From: a bacterium
Lineage (GTDB): Bacteria > Elusimicrobiota > Elusimicrobia > UBA1565 > UBA9628
Length of the DNA: 64,000 nucleotides
Assembly (NCBI GenBank): GCA_021822495.1
Contig: JAKAQO010000006.1
Span: 20,092-84,091 of the forward strand
Direction: 5' to 3'
The notes beneath the pieces were generated by a model, which did no database searches, was not told the DNA's origin, and saw only the letters and a program-made list of their open reading frames with translations. Positions 17,641 through 27,473 of this stretch are shown here, one piece after another; the stretch's first letter is position 1; every line of letters starts with the position of its first letter. The translations under genes were made by a program, and so were the position numbers.

Positions 17641-18243
17641 ATGAAAAGCTTCGAGAGTTTTAAGTTTGTGGTTCCTACAGTCGTTTTGGGAGCGCTGATT
17701 GGCATTGCCGGTTGCGCTCATTACGCGCCGTTGGTTTCTTCCAATGCCCCAGCGTGGGTCAATAAAGGGAGTGGGGCCTTTAAGGATTCTCAAGGCCAAG
17801 GCGTTTTCTACGGAGTCAGCGGCTTTAAAGGAAGCCAAAACCCCATCTTAGCGCGCCAAGCCGCCGGCGATCGGGCTTGCGCTCAAATTGCTCAGACCAT
17901 GAACCGCTACGTCGCCATCTTGGATAAAGACTATATGTCGGCGACTACCGCTGGAAATCAATCAAAAACCGCCGATGAGCAGTTTGTCAGTCAAACCCAG
18001 AAGACCTTCACCCAATTCACCTTGACTGGGGCCCATGTGGTGGATTACTGGAAAAGTTCTGGCGGCACGATCTACGCTCTTTGCAAAATGGACTTGAATG
18101 GTTTCCTTAAAAATCTTGACCAGGCCAATCAACTCAGCAGCCAGGTCCGAGATTTTGTTCGTAAGGATGCCCAAAAAGCCTTTAGCGACTTGAGCAAGAA
18201 CGAAAAAGAACACTCGAACGGCACCATTTCCGGCGGCCTTTAA
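17641..18243 (+). CDS. LPP20-like lipoprotein
   Basis: Signal peptide with lipobox IAGC, then the PAWVNKG...FYGVSG...LARQAAGDRACAQIAQ pattern typical of the LPP20 family. ATG 17641 is preferred over 17635 on SD spacing. Confidence 0.6.
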   Translation: MKSFESFKFVVPTVVLGALIGIAGCAHYAPLVSSNAPAWVNKGSGAFKDSQGQGVFYGVSGFKGSQNPILARQAAGDRACAQIAQTMNRYVAILDKDYMSATTAGNQSKTADEQFVSQTQKTFTQFTLTGAHVVDYWKSSGGTIYALCKMDLNGFLKNLDQANQLSSQVRDFVRKDAQKAFSDLSKNEKEHSNGTISGGL

Positions 18244-18267
18244 TCTGGAAAGATAAAAGGATAGCCT

Positions 18268-18858
18268 ATGCGAAAGAGTGTGTTGTGGGTGGCGGCTCTT
18301 GTGTCTCTCTCCGGGTGCGGGATGAGCGTTCAACGTCTAAATACCAATGCCGTTGTTGATTTGAACGGCCGTTGGGATTCGACCGATGCGCGCTTGACCG
18401 CGAAAAAAATGATCTCGGACTGTCTGGCTCGTCCTTGGTTGTCCAACTTCCAGCAGAAAGATAATCGCGAGCCCGTGGTCATCGTCGGAGACATTTATAA
18501 CAAGAGCTTCGAGCACATCAACACCGATATCTTTATCCAGGATATTGAAAGCGAGCTGATTAATTCCGGCAAGGTGAAATTTGTCGCCGATGACAAGCAG
18601 CGCGCGCAGTTGCGCCAAGAGCGCCTAGACCAGGACGTCAACGCTTCCGCGGCCACTCGAAAGGCGATGGGAAAAGAATTGGGCGCCGATTATATGCTTG
18701 AAGGCACCTTGGACGCGATTAAGACCCAAGAGGGCGGGCGCGAGGTCATGTATTATCAAGTCAACCTTCAGCTCATCAATATCGAGACCAATAATATCGC
18801 CTGGATTGGGCAGAAGAAAATCAAGAAGTATATTTCTCGGCCCGGTTGGACTCTTTAA
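18268..18858 (+). CDS. LpoB-like (COG3417-type) lipoprotein, possible penicillin-binding protein activator homolog
   Basis: 196 aa with lipobox LSGC. The mature part (VVDLNGRWDSTDARLTAKKMISDCL...PVVIVGDIYNKS...YMLEGTL) resembles the LpoB/YcfM family. Confidence 0.55.
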   Translation: MRKSVLWVAALVSLSGCGMSVQRLNTNAVVDLNGRWDSTDARLTAKKMISDCLARPWLSNFQQKDNREPVVIVGDIYNKSFEHINTDIFIQDIESELINSGKVKFVADDKQRAQLRQERLDQDVNASAATRKAMGKELGADYMLEGTLDAIKTQEGGREVMYYQVNLQLINIETNNIAWIGQKKIKKYISRPGWTL

Positions 18859-18883
18859 GACGGTAGGGGCTCTTCCCAGCTAA

Positions 18884-20248
18884 ATGGATTTTTTTTTAAG
18901 GGATAATTGGTGGGAGTCTTTTCGGTCTTTTGTCCCAGCGGCGTTTGTGGGTGGAATTGTCCTCTTTTCCGCCTGCGCGACCGAGCCGACCACCGCCTAT
19001 CGCGATCAGCTTAATCACCTTATTGCCCTTCAAGAATATCCCGCCGCTCTTAAAGACGTTCAAGATCACAAAAATAGCGATTACGGCCCCAAAAGCGTCG
19101 TTCTCTATCATTTAGACGAAGGAACGATTCTCAACAACGGCGATCAATACAAAGAAAGCGATCAAAAATTCGCAGATGCCGAACACACGATGCAGGACCT
19201 CTACACTAAGAGTATCCTTCAGGCGGGGGGGATGCTTCTTCTCAACGACACGACTATGGATTATGCCGGAGAGCCTTTTGAACGAGTGCTTCTCCACGTT
19301 TTCCGCGCGATGAACTGGATTTTCATGGGCCATCCCCATGGCGCCGCGGTTGAGGCCAATAAGGCCGAATTTTTCCTTCAACAATTACATGATCACTTTG
19401 GCGATAAGTTGGGATACAAAGACGACGCCTTTGTCCGCTATTTAGACGCGATGCTTTATGCCGACATTGGAGATTACAATGACGCCCGCATCTCCTTGGA
19501 GGCGGCCAAGCGCGCCTACCTTTGGTACGCTTCTTATTACAATACTCCGCAACCAGAATTTCAGTTTCCTAAAGACGCGCGCAAGGAGGGAGACGGAGAA
19601 CTTGTTTTCATCCATTACAACGGCGTCTCTCCGATTAAAATTTCAAAGACGATCCAGATCGCTTGGAACCAGGCCGTTTTAGCCGTTCAGGAAAGTAATG
19701 ACACCAGCCAAGACGCTCAGCGCGCCAAAAATGCGCTGGTCGCGGGTTTTGTCGGAAACGCGATTACGGTGGCCTACCCTCAATACATCCAGCCACCTTA
19801 CCGGATTGTATCTTCGGAAGTTTTTGTTGATTCAAAACTCGCCGGCCAGACGCTTTTAATGGAGGATGTGAGCGCGATTGCCTTCAAGAATTTAAAAAAT
19901 CGCATGGACATGATTATGACCCGCGCCATCGCCCGCGCCGCGATTAAATATATTTTGGCGCACGCGGCCAGCCAAGCCGTCGCCAAGCAATTTGGCCAAG
20001 GATGGGGGCTTTTGACCCAGGTGGGGTCCAATATCCTGGCCGCCGCGACCGAAGTCGCCGATACCCGGAGTTGGACGACCCTGCCGTCTCAGATTCGCAT
20101 GGCGCGCATTAAGGTCCCGCCGGGCGTTCATCAGGTTCGGGTTGATTTTAAGGATCAAGCGGGTTTTGTCGTTGAATCCCACGTTTTTTCCAACGTGAGG
20201 ATTAAAAAATCCACGCGCACGTATCTTGCTTTTCGCACGGCTTTGTAA
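18884..20248 (+). CDS. Hypothetical lipoprotein (454 aa), possibly a COG3014-type conserved protein
   Basis: N-terminal hydrophobic segment ending FSAC (lipobox-like). It has helical-repeat-like N-terminal and C-terminal parts. The family assignment is from memory only. Confidence 0.45.
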   Translation: MDFFLRDNWWESFRSFVPAAFVGGIVLFSACATEPTTAYRDQLNHLIALQEYPAALKDVQDHKNSDYGPKSVVLYHLDEGTILNNGDQYKESDQKFADAEHTMQDLYTKSILQAGGMLLLNDTTMDYAGEPFERVLLHVFRAMNWIFMGHPHGAAVEANKAEFFLQQLHDHFGDKLGYKDDAFVRYLDAMLYADIGDYNDARISLEAAKRAYLWYASYYNTPQPEFQFPKDARKEGDGELVFIHYNGVSPIKISKTIQIAWNQAVLAVQESNDTSQDAQRAKNALVAGFVGNAITVAYPQYIQPPYRIVSSEVFVDSKLAGQTLLMEDVSAIAFKNLKNRMDMIMTRAIARAAIKYILAHAASQAVAKQFGQGWGLLTQVGSNILAAATEVADTRSWTTLPSQIRMARIKVPPGVHQVRVDFKDQAGFVVESHVFSNVRIKKSTRTYLAFRTAL

Positions 20249-20269
20249 AAAAAGAGGAGGAGAAATCTT

Positions 20270-21319
20270 ATGATTCGTAAAATCTACCCCTTAGCGCTTT
20301 TTGGGTTTTTAGCCAGCGCTTGCGCTTCGTTTCCAAGAGCCAATAATTCTTTTACTGTTCAAAAGCCCGATTGGGTGAACGGAAGCGATGCGCAGTATCC
20401 CAATAGTTTTTACCTGACTGGAGTTGGCACTGGAGGCAGCCAGGCTTCTGCGGGAAATTCAGCGCGGGCGGAAATCGCGAAGGTTATTTCTAGTCGCGTG
20501 ACGGTGCATGATACCGTTTCTGAGTCCCAGGGAACTCAGATGAAAAATGGCCGCTCAAAAAATACTTTTTCTCAATCCGTGGCTCAGGCGGTCGAGGTTG
20601 CGTCCCAGAAAGTTTTGCGGGGAGTCAGAATTGTCAAATATTGGGAAAATCCGGTGACAAAAAATTATTACGCTTTTGCGGTCATGGACCGACAAAAAGC
20701 CTCGATCGGCCTTAACGACAAAATTTCAAGAATTGACAAGGAACTGAAGGATTGGGATGACCAACTCAGCGGTTCGAAAGAAAAATTTGAGCGCGCTCGC
20801 GCGGCGATGAAGGTCTTGGCTCTTCTTAAGGCCAGGGATCATTTAGCCCAGGAGCTTGAGGTCATCTCGGCCATGGGGCAAGTTCCTCCTCTTCCGATTG
20901 ACGAGTCAAAAGCGAAATTCATGATTTCCCGAGCCCTTTCGGCCTTGCTTGTTTCCGTCCATATCACGGGAGAAAACGCCGGTTCCATTGAAACCGGGGT
21001 CGTTGAAGGCCTTAACAGCTTGGGAATTTCGGCGGCTGTTGACTCTTCGACCAAAAACCCGGATATTCTCATCGAAGGCCATGTTTCATCCGAAAAACTG
21101 ACCCAGCTGCCTCCGCCCTGGAAATGGGGAAAGTCTCAGGCGACAATTTCAATTGAAAACGCGCGTTCTAAAGAGATTTTTTCCCAATTTGGCGCCGAAT
21201 CCCGCCAGGCTTCTTCTATCAGCCATTCCGACGCCGTCTCTCGTTCCGAAACAGCCTTGGGCAATAAAATTTCACGGAAAATTCACGACGCGATTGCGTC
21301 TTATTTCGAGAATATTTAG
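20270..21319 (+). CDS. LPP20-domain lipoprotein (349 aa) with a C-terminal extension
   Basis: Lipobox ASAC. The pattern KPDWVNGSDAQYPNSFYLTGVGTG...SARAEIAKVISSRV matches LPP20. A strong AGGAGGAG SD lies upstream. Confidence 0.55.
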   Translation: MIRKIYPLALFGFLASACASFPRANNSFTVQKPDWVNGSDAQYPNSFYLTGVGTGGSQASAGNSARAEIAKVISSRVTVHDTVSESQGTQMKNGRSKNTFSQSVAQAVEVASQKVLRGVRIVKYWENPVTKNYYAFAVMDRQKASIGLNDKISRIDKELKDWDDQLSGSKEKFERARAAMKVLALLKARDHLAQELEVISAMGQVPPLPIDESKAKFMISRALSALLVSVHITGENAGSIETGVVEGLNSLGISAAVDSSTKNPDILIEGHVSSEKLTQLPPPWKWGKSQATISIENARSKEIFSQFGAESRQASSISHSDAVSRSETALGNKISRKIHDAIASYFENI

Positions 21320-24211
21320 TTATTTCCCAAACAGGCCGTTAATCAGATTTTTGGTCGGCCCGAGCAACAGGGAAGCCAAATCCACATGGACTTTTGGCTT
21401 GTCGAATTTCCCCTGGACCGTGATTTTCATTGGCGCGATGTTGGCGACTTGGGCGATGACGTGCATATCCAGGTTTTCTTTGGGGATGTCAATTTTTCCT
21501 TTCGCGCTGACATTGGCTGCGTCGCTATAAACGTGGCTTTCGTTGACCGCCATGATCCCATCGGCGAAATTGTAATCGCCCGCGAGTTCTTTAAAGGTGA
21601 TGTTGTTGAAATTAGGAAAAAGCCGAATTCCACCGAAACTCGTGATTTTTTGGATTGCGATTAAGGGTGAAGCCAAAATCTTAACCAAAATTGATTTGTC
21701 CACCAAATTTCCCAAATCCTTGAGTTTTCCGTGACTCGCGAGAATATGCGCGTGTCCCGTCAGCGTCTTTAAATCAGGGGTAATTCCCTGGACGTTCCAA
21801 GTGACATGGACGCCGTCGGCGCGAAATTTCGGGTGAATGAGATGATCAATATTGAGGATACCCTTGGAATCTATTGGGGGCTCGGGTTTTTCTTTCTTTT
21901 CCTGTTTGCCGGATGAGACCTGCGATTTTTCCGTTCCTTCCTTGAGGGAAGACAGGATTTGGACGAATTGGTCTCTTGCCGCGAAAAAATGATCGAGATT
22001 AAATTTTGACAAGTCTATTTCCATGTCGATATAGGGACGCTGGACATAATTTTTGACAGTCAGATCAATATGGGTTTGGGAACCGTCAAATTTCCCATAG
22101 ATGTCCGGCGCGTCAATTCTCTGTTCGTTAAAGGACGCAACCCCGGTAAAATGGGATACGTCAACCCCCAATTCTTTAATGCCCAAATCCTCGAATTTTA
22201 TTTTTCCTTCAAGTATCGGGCGTTCCAGGGGACCTGAGGCGGCCAGAGCAAAAAACCCGTGTCCGACGATTTTTAATTTCCTGGTATTGGGAAAAATAGG
22301 CGTTAATTCTGGCAGGTCAAACGACGGGCATTTGACCAAAACCTTTAAGGCAGGGTTTTTCCCGGCGATGTCCACAAATTCGCTGTTGGAAAGTTCAATG
22401 GTATTTCTTTTAAAAGATAATTTAAGCTGTTTGACGCGGATGTTTTTGGGGCCGAGATAGAAGCTTCCGTCCCATCGGGAAGGTGGGAATTTAATTCCCG
22501 GCGGCAGTTGATGAAAAGGGATATCTGAGGACTCAAAGGCCGGAAGGTTGATGGCCGCGCTAATCATCAGATGAGGCTTTGGATGATGCGAGGCATAACC
22601 TTCGATGGGGCCGGAGAAACTTAAAGCTCCAAAATGGGTCAAGGCGCTGGCCTGGTAAAAAGTCAATAAGTCTTTTTTGAGATTAAGCTTGGCTTGAATA
22701 TGGGTTGAGGGAATCACCAGTTCCTTAGATAAATGTGCCCAGGGCATATCATGGGAAGAAAGACGCGGAAATTTAAGATTCGCTTCGATATCCAGGTTCG
22801 GCGTCGGGGCTTTGGAAAGAATATTCTTGACCTTCCCTTGAATAGACAAAGTTCCAGGAGAGGACGTCAACGTCGCGGATGCGATACTGAAGGTCTGATC
22901 TTTTAAAGAGGCTTGTCCGGCAAGTTGAATCGCCGGGATGGGAAGAGTAGGCGGCAAGGCGGCGAAAGAAACGTCCTTGCCTTTGAGCGCGGGCATTTGA
23001 ATGAAACAGTTTAGTTTCAGATCGGGCTTAGGGTTTTTGTCTAAAAAGTTCTGAATACTTCCTGAAATATTGAGGGTTGAGGAAGAAAAAGCGATTGAAG
23101 TTCTTGGGGTTGAAATTTGCCCATGTTTGAGGAGAAACTTGCCATCAATGGCCAGCGGCGGGATTGTGGAAAGAGGAATTTTAGGCCAAGGCGTTTGGGC
23201 GGGAGTAAGAGTCGGAGTCTTAAGTGAAATCATTCCGTTTGCGCCAATTTGATTGAGAGTCCAAGGGGGGGTGAGAACCCCTTTCCACGCGGCGGAAATA
23301 AGAGAGTGGCCGGAATAAGATATTCGACCTTTAACATTGGAAATGACCTGGTTTTTTCCGGCTTGTATTTGACCGGAGAAAGACGCGGCGTAGGGCTTGC
23401 TTTGGAGAGTAAAACGGGTGAAATGAAGCGCGATAAGGCCTTGACGCGCGGCTTTTAAATCAACGTTCCCAGCGTATTGAAAATTTCCTTTAAGCTCTTG
23501 GGTTTGACTCGAGATATTGGCCGAGAAATCAGATACAAGGGACAAGGAAAAGGGTCGGCCAATTTCGATGTTGGAAGATTTGAGCTTGATTTTAGAAAAG
23601 CTGATTTGGGTGTGATTAAGCGGATCGGCATAGGCGAGGCTTCCGTTTAAAATATCGATTCGGCGAATTTGGAATTGACTTCCCCATTTTTGCGAGGGAT
23701 AGGGGATTTTTGGCGTGGAGGTGGATTGGGAAGGGAGGTTGGAAACGGCTAACAAATCGGAAAAATTATAAGAAGAAGGGCTGGTTTTTTTGATGGATAA
23801 GGAGAGACCCTCAACCGTGATTCCGGAGACCACGATTTTTTTTTGGAGAAGTTCTCGCCATGACAGTTGCAGGTTGGAAGATCGAATTTGGGCGAAGGTT
23901 CCATGGGAAAAATCGGGATATTCGGAAACCGCAAAATCATTAATGGTCAAACCCTTGACCAGGGACCAGGAAATTTTTCCAATTTTAATTTGCCGGTGAA
24001 ATTGAGTCTGGGCTTCGTTAATCAAGGCCGCGCGAAATTTCGCGTAAGGAAAGAAATAGGCGATGAGAAGAGACGCGGCCAAAAAACCGGTCGCGGCCAG
24101 GGTCGCCAGAGCTAATATTACTTTCAGTCGCCGATTCACTCCTCCATTATAACAATCTGTAACAATCAGGCTTGGGAAATTTGAGCAAGGCTTGCTATGC
24201 CTTTTCCTCAT
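21320..24211 (-). CDS. AsmA-family outer-membrane biogenesis protein
   Basis: 963 aa. It has an N-terminal TM anchor followed by an AsmA-like start (ALINEAQTQFHRQIKIGKISWSLVKGLTINDFAV) and a long beta-rich body. The true start may be internal. Confidence 0.7.
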   Translation of the reverse strand: MRKRHSKPCSNFPSLIVTDCYNGGVNRRLKVILALATLAATGFLAASLLIAYFFPYAKFRAALINEAQTQFHRQIKIGKISWSLVKGLTINDFAVSEYPDFSHGTFAQIRSSNLQLSWRELLQKKIVVSGITVEGLSLSIKKTSPSSYNFSDLLAVSNLPSQSTSTPKIPYPSQKWGSQFQIRRIDILNGSLAYADPLNHTQISFSKIKLKSSNIEIGRPFSLSLVSDFSANISSQTQELKGNFQYAGNVDLKAARQGLIALHFTRFTLQSKPYAASFSGQIQAGKNQVISNVKGRISYSGHSLISAAWKGVLTPPWTLNQIGANGMISLKTPTLTPAQTPWPKIPLSTIPPLAIDGKFLLKHGQISTPRTSIAFSSSTLNISGSIQNFLDKNPKPDLKLNCFIQMPALKGKDVSFAALPPTLPIPAIQLAGQASLKDQTFSIASATLTSSPGTLSIQGKVKNILSKAPTPNLDIEANLKFPRLSSHDMPWAHLSKELVIPSTHIQAKLNLKKDLLTFYQASALTHFGALSFSGPIEGYASHHPKPHLMISAAINLPAFESSDIPFHQLPPGIKFPPSRWDGSFYLGPKNIRVKQLKLSFKRNTIELSNSEFVDIAGKNPALKVLVKCPSFDLPELTPIFPNTRKLKIVGHGFFALAASGPLERPILEGKIKFEDLGIKELGVDVSHFTGVASFNEQRIDAPDIYGKFDGSQTHIDLTVKNYVQRPYIDMEIDLSKFNLDHFFAARDQFVQILSSLKEGTEKSQVSSGKQEKKEKPEPPIDSKGILNIDHLIHPKFRADGVHVTWNVQGITPDLKTLTGHAHILASHGKLKDLGNLVDKSILVKILASPLIAIQKITSFGGIRLFPNFNNITFKELAGDYNFADGIMAVNESHVYSDAANVSAKGKIDIPKENLDMHVIAQVANIAPMKITVQGKFDKPKVHVDLASLLLGPTKNLINGLFGK

Positions 24212-24238
24212 GATTCTTAGATGGCATTGTCTCTACCT

Positions 24239-24267
24239 TTTAAACTTATGCGGAAAGAGACTATAAT
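24239..24267 (+). promoter_or_regulatory. Candidate promoter TTTAAA-N17-TATAAT, 6 nt upstream of the engB GTG
   Basis: TTTAAA 24239-24244, a 17-nt spacer and TATAAT 24262-24267. GTG start at 24274, with no SD in the gap. Confidence 0.4.
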
Positions 24268-24273
24268 GGATAG

Positions 24274-24852
24274 GTGATATCTTTAGCGAAATGCCGTTAT
24301 CTGGCCAGCGAGACCAAGCCCGAGCGCGTCAAAGAAGCGGTTTCAGAAGTGGCCTTTGTCGGGCGCTCGAATGTGGGGAAAAGCAGTTTGATTAACGCCC
24401 TGTGCGGGCGCGCGCTTGCGCACGTTTCCGGAACCCCGGGGCGGACGCGGGCGATTAATGTTTTTGAGGCGGCGCCGGGGAGGTTTCTCGTTGATTTGCC
24501 AGGATACGGTTTTGCCAAAGGCCCGATTCAAGAAGTCCTCAACTGGGGACCGATGATTGAGACTTATCTTCTCTCAAGGCCAAGCCTTCGGCTGACGGTT
24601 TTAGTAGTTGATGCCAAGGTGGGCCCGACCCCTTTAGACGCTCAAATGGCTCTTTGGCTGAGCGACCATCGGATTGATTTTTGCGTTGCGGCGTCCAAGA
24701 CCGACAAGGTCAAACCTTCTGAATCTTTCGCGCAAAGAAAAAAGGTCGCGGAGTTTTTTGAACTATCCCCGGAAGAGCTTTTTTGGATGAACTCCGAAGA
24801 TCATAAGAGCGTCGCGCCTTTAAGAGTCGAGATACTCAAGGCCTTGGAATGA
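24274..24852 (+). CDS. engB: Ribosome biogenesis GTP-binding protein YihA/EngB
   Basis: 192 aa. G1 motif VAFVGRSNVGKSSLINAL, G3 DLPGYG and G4 ASKTDK. Confidence 0.9.
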   Translation: MISLAKCRYLASETKPERVKEAVSEVAFVGRSNVGKSSLINALCGRALAHVSGTPGRTRAINVFEAAPGRFLVDLPGYGFAKGPIQEVLNWGPMIETYLLSRPSLRLTVLVVDAKVGPTPLDAQMALWLSDHRIDFCVAASKTDKVKPSESFAQRKKVAEFFELSPEELFWMNSEDHKSVAPLRVEILKALE

Positions 24853-25457
24853 AAAAAGAAGGAAAACGTCCTTCGGGCGGACGAGTCGTTTTGTTTTACA
24901 AACCCTACGGAGTTCTTTCCCAATTTACTTCTTCGGACGGTCATCCTGCTCTATCCGGTTTTGGACTCCCCAAAGGGGTGTATCCAGCGGGAAGGCTTGA
25001 TTTAGACAGCGAGGGGCTGTTGCTTTTGACCGATGATGGCCAATTTCAGCGCCGTCTGACCGACCCTCGCTTTGAGCATCCTCGCGCCTATTGGGTTCAA
25101 GTCGAAAATATTCCTTCGGAAGAGAGTCTTAAGCGCTTGGCCAGTGGAGTTTTACTTCAAGACGGAATGACTAAACCGGCCGTTGTTCGAGCTATTTCCG
25201 ATCCCGCTTTGCCGCCAAGAAATCCGCCCATTCGCTTTCGCCGCAATATTCCCACGTCTTGGATTGAAATCGTGCTCAAGGAAGGGCGAAACCATCAAGT
25301 TCGGCGGATGACCGCGAGCGTAGGGCACCCCACTTTGCGGCTTATGCGCGTTCGCATCGGCAATTATTCTCTGACGGGACTTCTCCCGGGACAGTGGAAA
25401 TTCGCTAAAATAGAGTTATATGACTCGCCAAAAGAAAGAAACTCCTCGCCTCATTGA
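24849..25457 (+). CDS. Pseudouridine synthase, RsuA/RluE family (no S4 domain)
   Basis: 202 aa. Catalytic motif AGRLDLDSEGLLLLTDDG and NHQVRRM motif. ATGA overlap with engB. Confidence 0.85.
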   Translation: MKKEGKRPSGGRVVLFYKPYGVLSQFTSSDGHPALSGFGLPKGVYPAGRLDLDSEGLLLLTDDGQFQRRLTDPRFEHPRAYWVQVENIPSEESLKRLASGVLLQDGMTKPAVVRAISDPALPPRNPPIRFRRNIPTSWIEIVLKEGRNHQVRRMTASVGHPTLRLMRVRIGNYSLTGLLPGQWKFAKIELYDSPKERNSSPH

Positions 25458-26052
25458 TAAATACGGAACCTGGAATGAGGTTTACCGAAAGACCTCGCCT
25501 GCGGAACTCCCATGGAACGCGGGAAACCCAGACCCGGAACTGGTAAGGCTCATTGAATCTCAAGTCATTCCCGTGGGGCGCGCCATTGATGTTGGAACCG
25601 GCCCCGGGCACGACGCGATTTTTTTAGCCCAAAAAGGGTTTAAGGTTTTGGCTTTGGATATCGCTTCTTCCGCGATCGAGTTGGCAAAACTCAACGCCAA
25701 AAAAGCGGGCTTTGAGGTCGCCATTGATTACCGGGTTGAAAGCGTTTTGGAACTTTCTTCTCCCGCGGGAACCGCGACCTTTGTCAACGACCGGGTTTGT
25801 TTCGAGGTTTTGGATAAAGAAGACCGCGAGGACTACGTCCGGAAAATTTCAGAGGTGCTTATTCCCGGAGGGCATCTTTTCTTGAGAACCTTTTCGGAAA
25901 AAGAGCCGCCCGGGCCGGGGCCGCATCGCTTTACCCGGGAAGAAATTGAGAGCGTATTCTCTAAAAAATTTGAGTTTCTTGATTTTCGGGACGGGGTTTT
26001 GGCCGGTCCTCGGCAAGCCAAAATCTATGTCGCGCTTTTGCGTAAAAAATAG
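25420..26052 (+). CDS. Class I SAM-dependent methyltransferase
   Basis: 210 aa. SAM-binding motif I AIDVGTGPGHDAIFLAQKG followed by VLALDIS. Confidence 0.75.
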   Translation: MTRQKKETPRLIDKYGTWNEVYRKTSPAELPWNAGNPDPELVRLIESQVIPVGRAIDVGTGPGHDAIFLAQKGFKVLALDIASSAIELAKLNAKKAGFEVAIDYRVESVLELSSPAGTATFVNDRVCFEVLDKEDREDYVRKISEVLIPGGHLFLRTFSEKEPPGPGPHRFTREEIESVFSKKFEFLDFRDGVLAGPRQAKIYVALLRKK

Positions 26053-26070
26053 ACCACCTCATTCGGTTCC

Positions 26071-27207
26071 GTGAAAAAACGACTCTTTCTAATCCTTGCT
26101 ATCGCCTTCTTGATCGCTTTCTATATCGGCGTTAATTTGGCGGAAATCTCTCCGGCTCATCTGTGGGAGATGATGGGAATTTCATTTTTCATCGTTTTTT
26201 TGTTTATCGGTTGGCAATGGAGCTACCGCTTGTCTTCTTTTTCCCAGGGCCCCTGGTCCTTGGCTCTTGCGTGGACGGCCAATATTGGTATCGGGGTTTG
26301 GGTGACCTTTCTTTTTTTTGCCGCGCTTAAAGACGCGGTTATTTTGGCGCTTCCGAGAAGATTTTTACCCCTCATTCCTTGGCCGAGCGTTATTTTAGGG
26401 ATGCTTCTCATTTCGGTTGTCTTTGCCGCCATCGGCCTTTGGCAGGCCTTGGCGGGGCCTTTCATTCGGCGCGTGTCAGTTCCCATTCAAGGTTTGCCCA
26501 AATCTTTAGAAGGGCTTAAAATTTTGCAAATTAGCGACTTGCATATCGGTCCAACCATTCGAAAACTCTATGTGGAAAAAACCGTTGAACGGGCTCTAAG
26601 TCTCAATCCTGACTTAATCGCCCTGACCGGCGATATTTTTGACGGGACTTTCGAGGTTTTGGCGCCTCACCTGGAACCCCTGCGCCGTTTAAAAGCCCCC
26701 TTGGGCCTTTTTTATGTGACGGGAAACCATGAATATTTTTGGGGCGCTCGGATGTGGACTCAAAAAGCCGTTGAATATGGTCTGACGCCTTTAAACAATG
26801 AAAATCGCGTCCTGACTTTTAAAGGCGAAAAATTTCTCATTGCGGGAATCCCTGATGAAATGAGCCGTTTTTTTGATAAGGACAATAATCCCGATTGCGC
26901 CAAGGCCGCCAAAACACAAGACGGGGAACTGTTTAAAATATTGCTGGCCCATCGCCCCGGGGTTTATGCCGAGGCCGCGGCTGCGGGGTTTCATCTTCAG
27001 TTGTCGGGCCATACGCATGGCGGCCAATTTTTTCCCTGGAGTCTCATGATTGGCTTTTTTCATCGCTTTTACCGGGGGCTCAACTGCTACAAAAATTTAT
27101 GGATTTACGTCAGCCCTGGAACCGGCTATTGGGGGCCGGCCCAGCGCTTGGCTGTTCCCGCTGAAATCACCCTTTTGACGCTAAAAGCCCAAGATTCTAA
27201 GAGCTAA
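26071..27207 (+). CDS. Membrane-anchored metallophosphoesterase (calcineurin-like)
   Basis: 378 aa. It has N-terminal TM helices and then the motifs SDLHIG, TGDIFDG, GNHEYF and SGHTHGGQ. Confidence 0.8.
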   Translation: MKKRLFLILAIAFLIAFYIGVNLAEISPAHLWEMMGISFFIVFLFIGWQWSYRLSSFSQGPWSLALAWTANIGIGVWVTFLFFAALKDAVILALPRRFLPLIPWPSVILGMLLISVVFAAIGLWQALAGPFIRRVSVPIQGLPKSLEGLKILQISDLHIGPTIRKLYVEKTVERALSLNPDLIALTGDIFDGTFEVLAPHLEPLRRLKAPLGLFYVTGNHEYFWGARMWTQKAVEYGLTPLNNENRVLTFKGEKFLIAGIPDEMSRFFDKDNNPDCAKAAKTQDGELFKILLAHRPGVYAEAAAAGFHLQLSGHTHGGQFFPWSLMIGFFHRFYRGLNCYKNLWIYVSPGTGYWGPAQRLAVPAEITLLTLKAQDSKS

Positions 27208-27473
27208 GGACTCTTGACAAAATAATATGGACATTTGGCTAAGCCGATTTTGGAGCGAAACAAGGAGAGAGGAGCGCGCATGGCTTAAGCCATGTAAGCG
27301 ACGAACGACGCGGTTGCAGCCCAAAAGCGGCTCAGCCCCTTCGGGGGAGGCCCATCTTCGGCCCATTTCTTCGTTGCTCGGCGCTTACATAACTCGTTAT
27401 GCTCGCTTCTCGCGCCTCGAATTGGGCTCGAACCTGGGCCTCCCAAATGTCCATATTATTTCGTCACGAGTCC
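27208..27473. mobile_element. 266-bp MITE-like fold-back element with 31-bp terminal inverted repeats and a TAA/TAA target-site duplication
   Basis: The left end is GGACTCTTGACAAAATAATATGGACATTTGG (27208-27238). The reverse complement of the right end (27443-27473) is GGACTCGTGACGAAATAATATGGACATTTGG, a 29/31 match. The element is flanked by TAA 27205-27207 (the stop codon of the upstream gene) and TAA 27474-27476. The interior is an imperfect palindrome with its apex at CCCC-TTCG-GGGG (27336-27347). It contains no convincing ORF. Confidence 0.55.

Noticed and set aside
21317-21322. Abutting or overlapping convergent gene ends without terminators (21319/21320, 34529-34549, 56167-56182) as something unusual
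   Set aside because: These are common in compact genomes. I note them only as a contrast to the junctions that carry the palindromic terminator.
27425-27445. tRNA/tmRNA-like T-arm motif GGTTCGAGCCC on the minus strand of the MITE-like element
   Set aside because: The flanking bases do not form a 5-bp T-stem. No acceptor or anticodon arms can be drawn.
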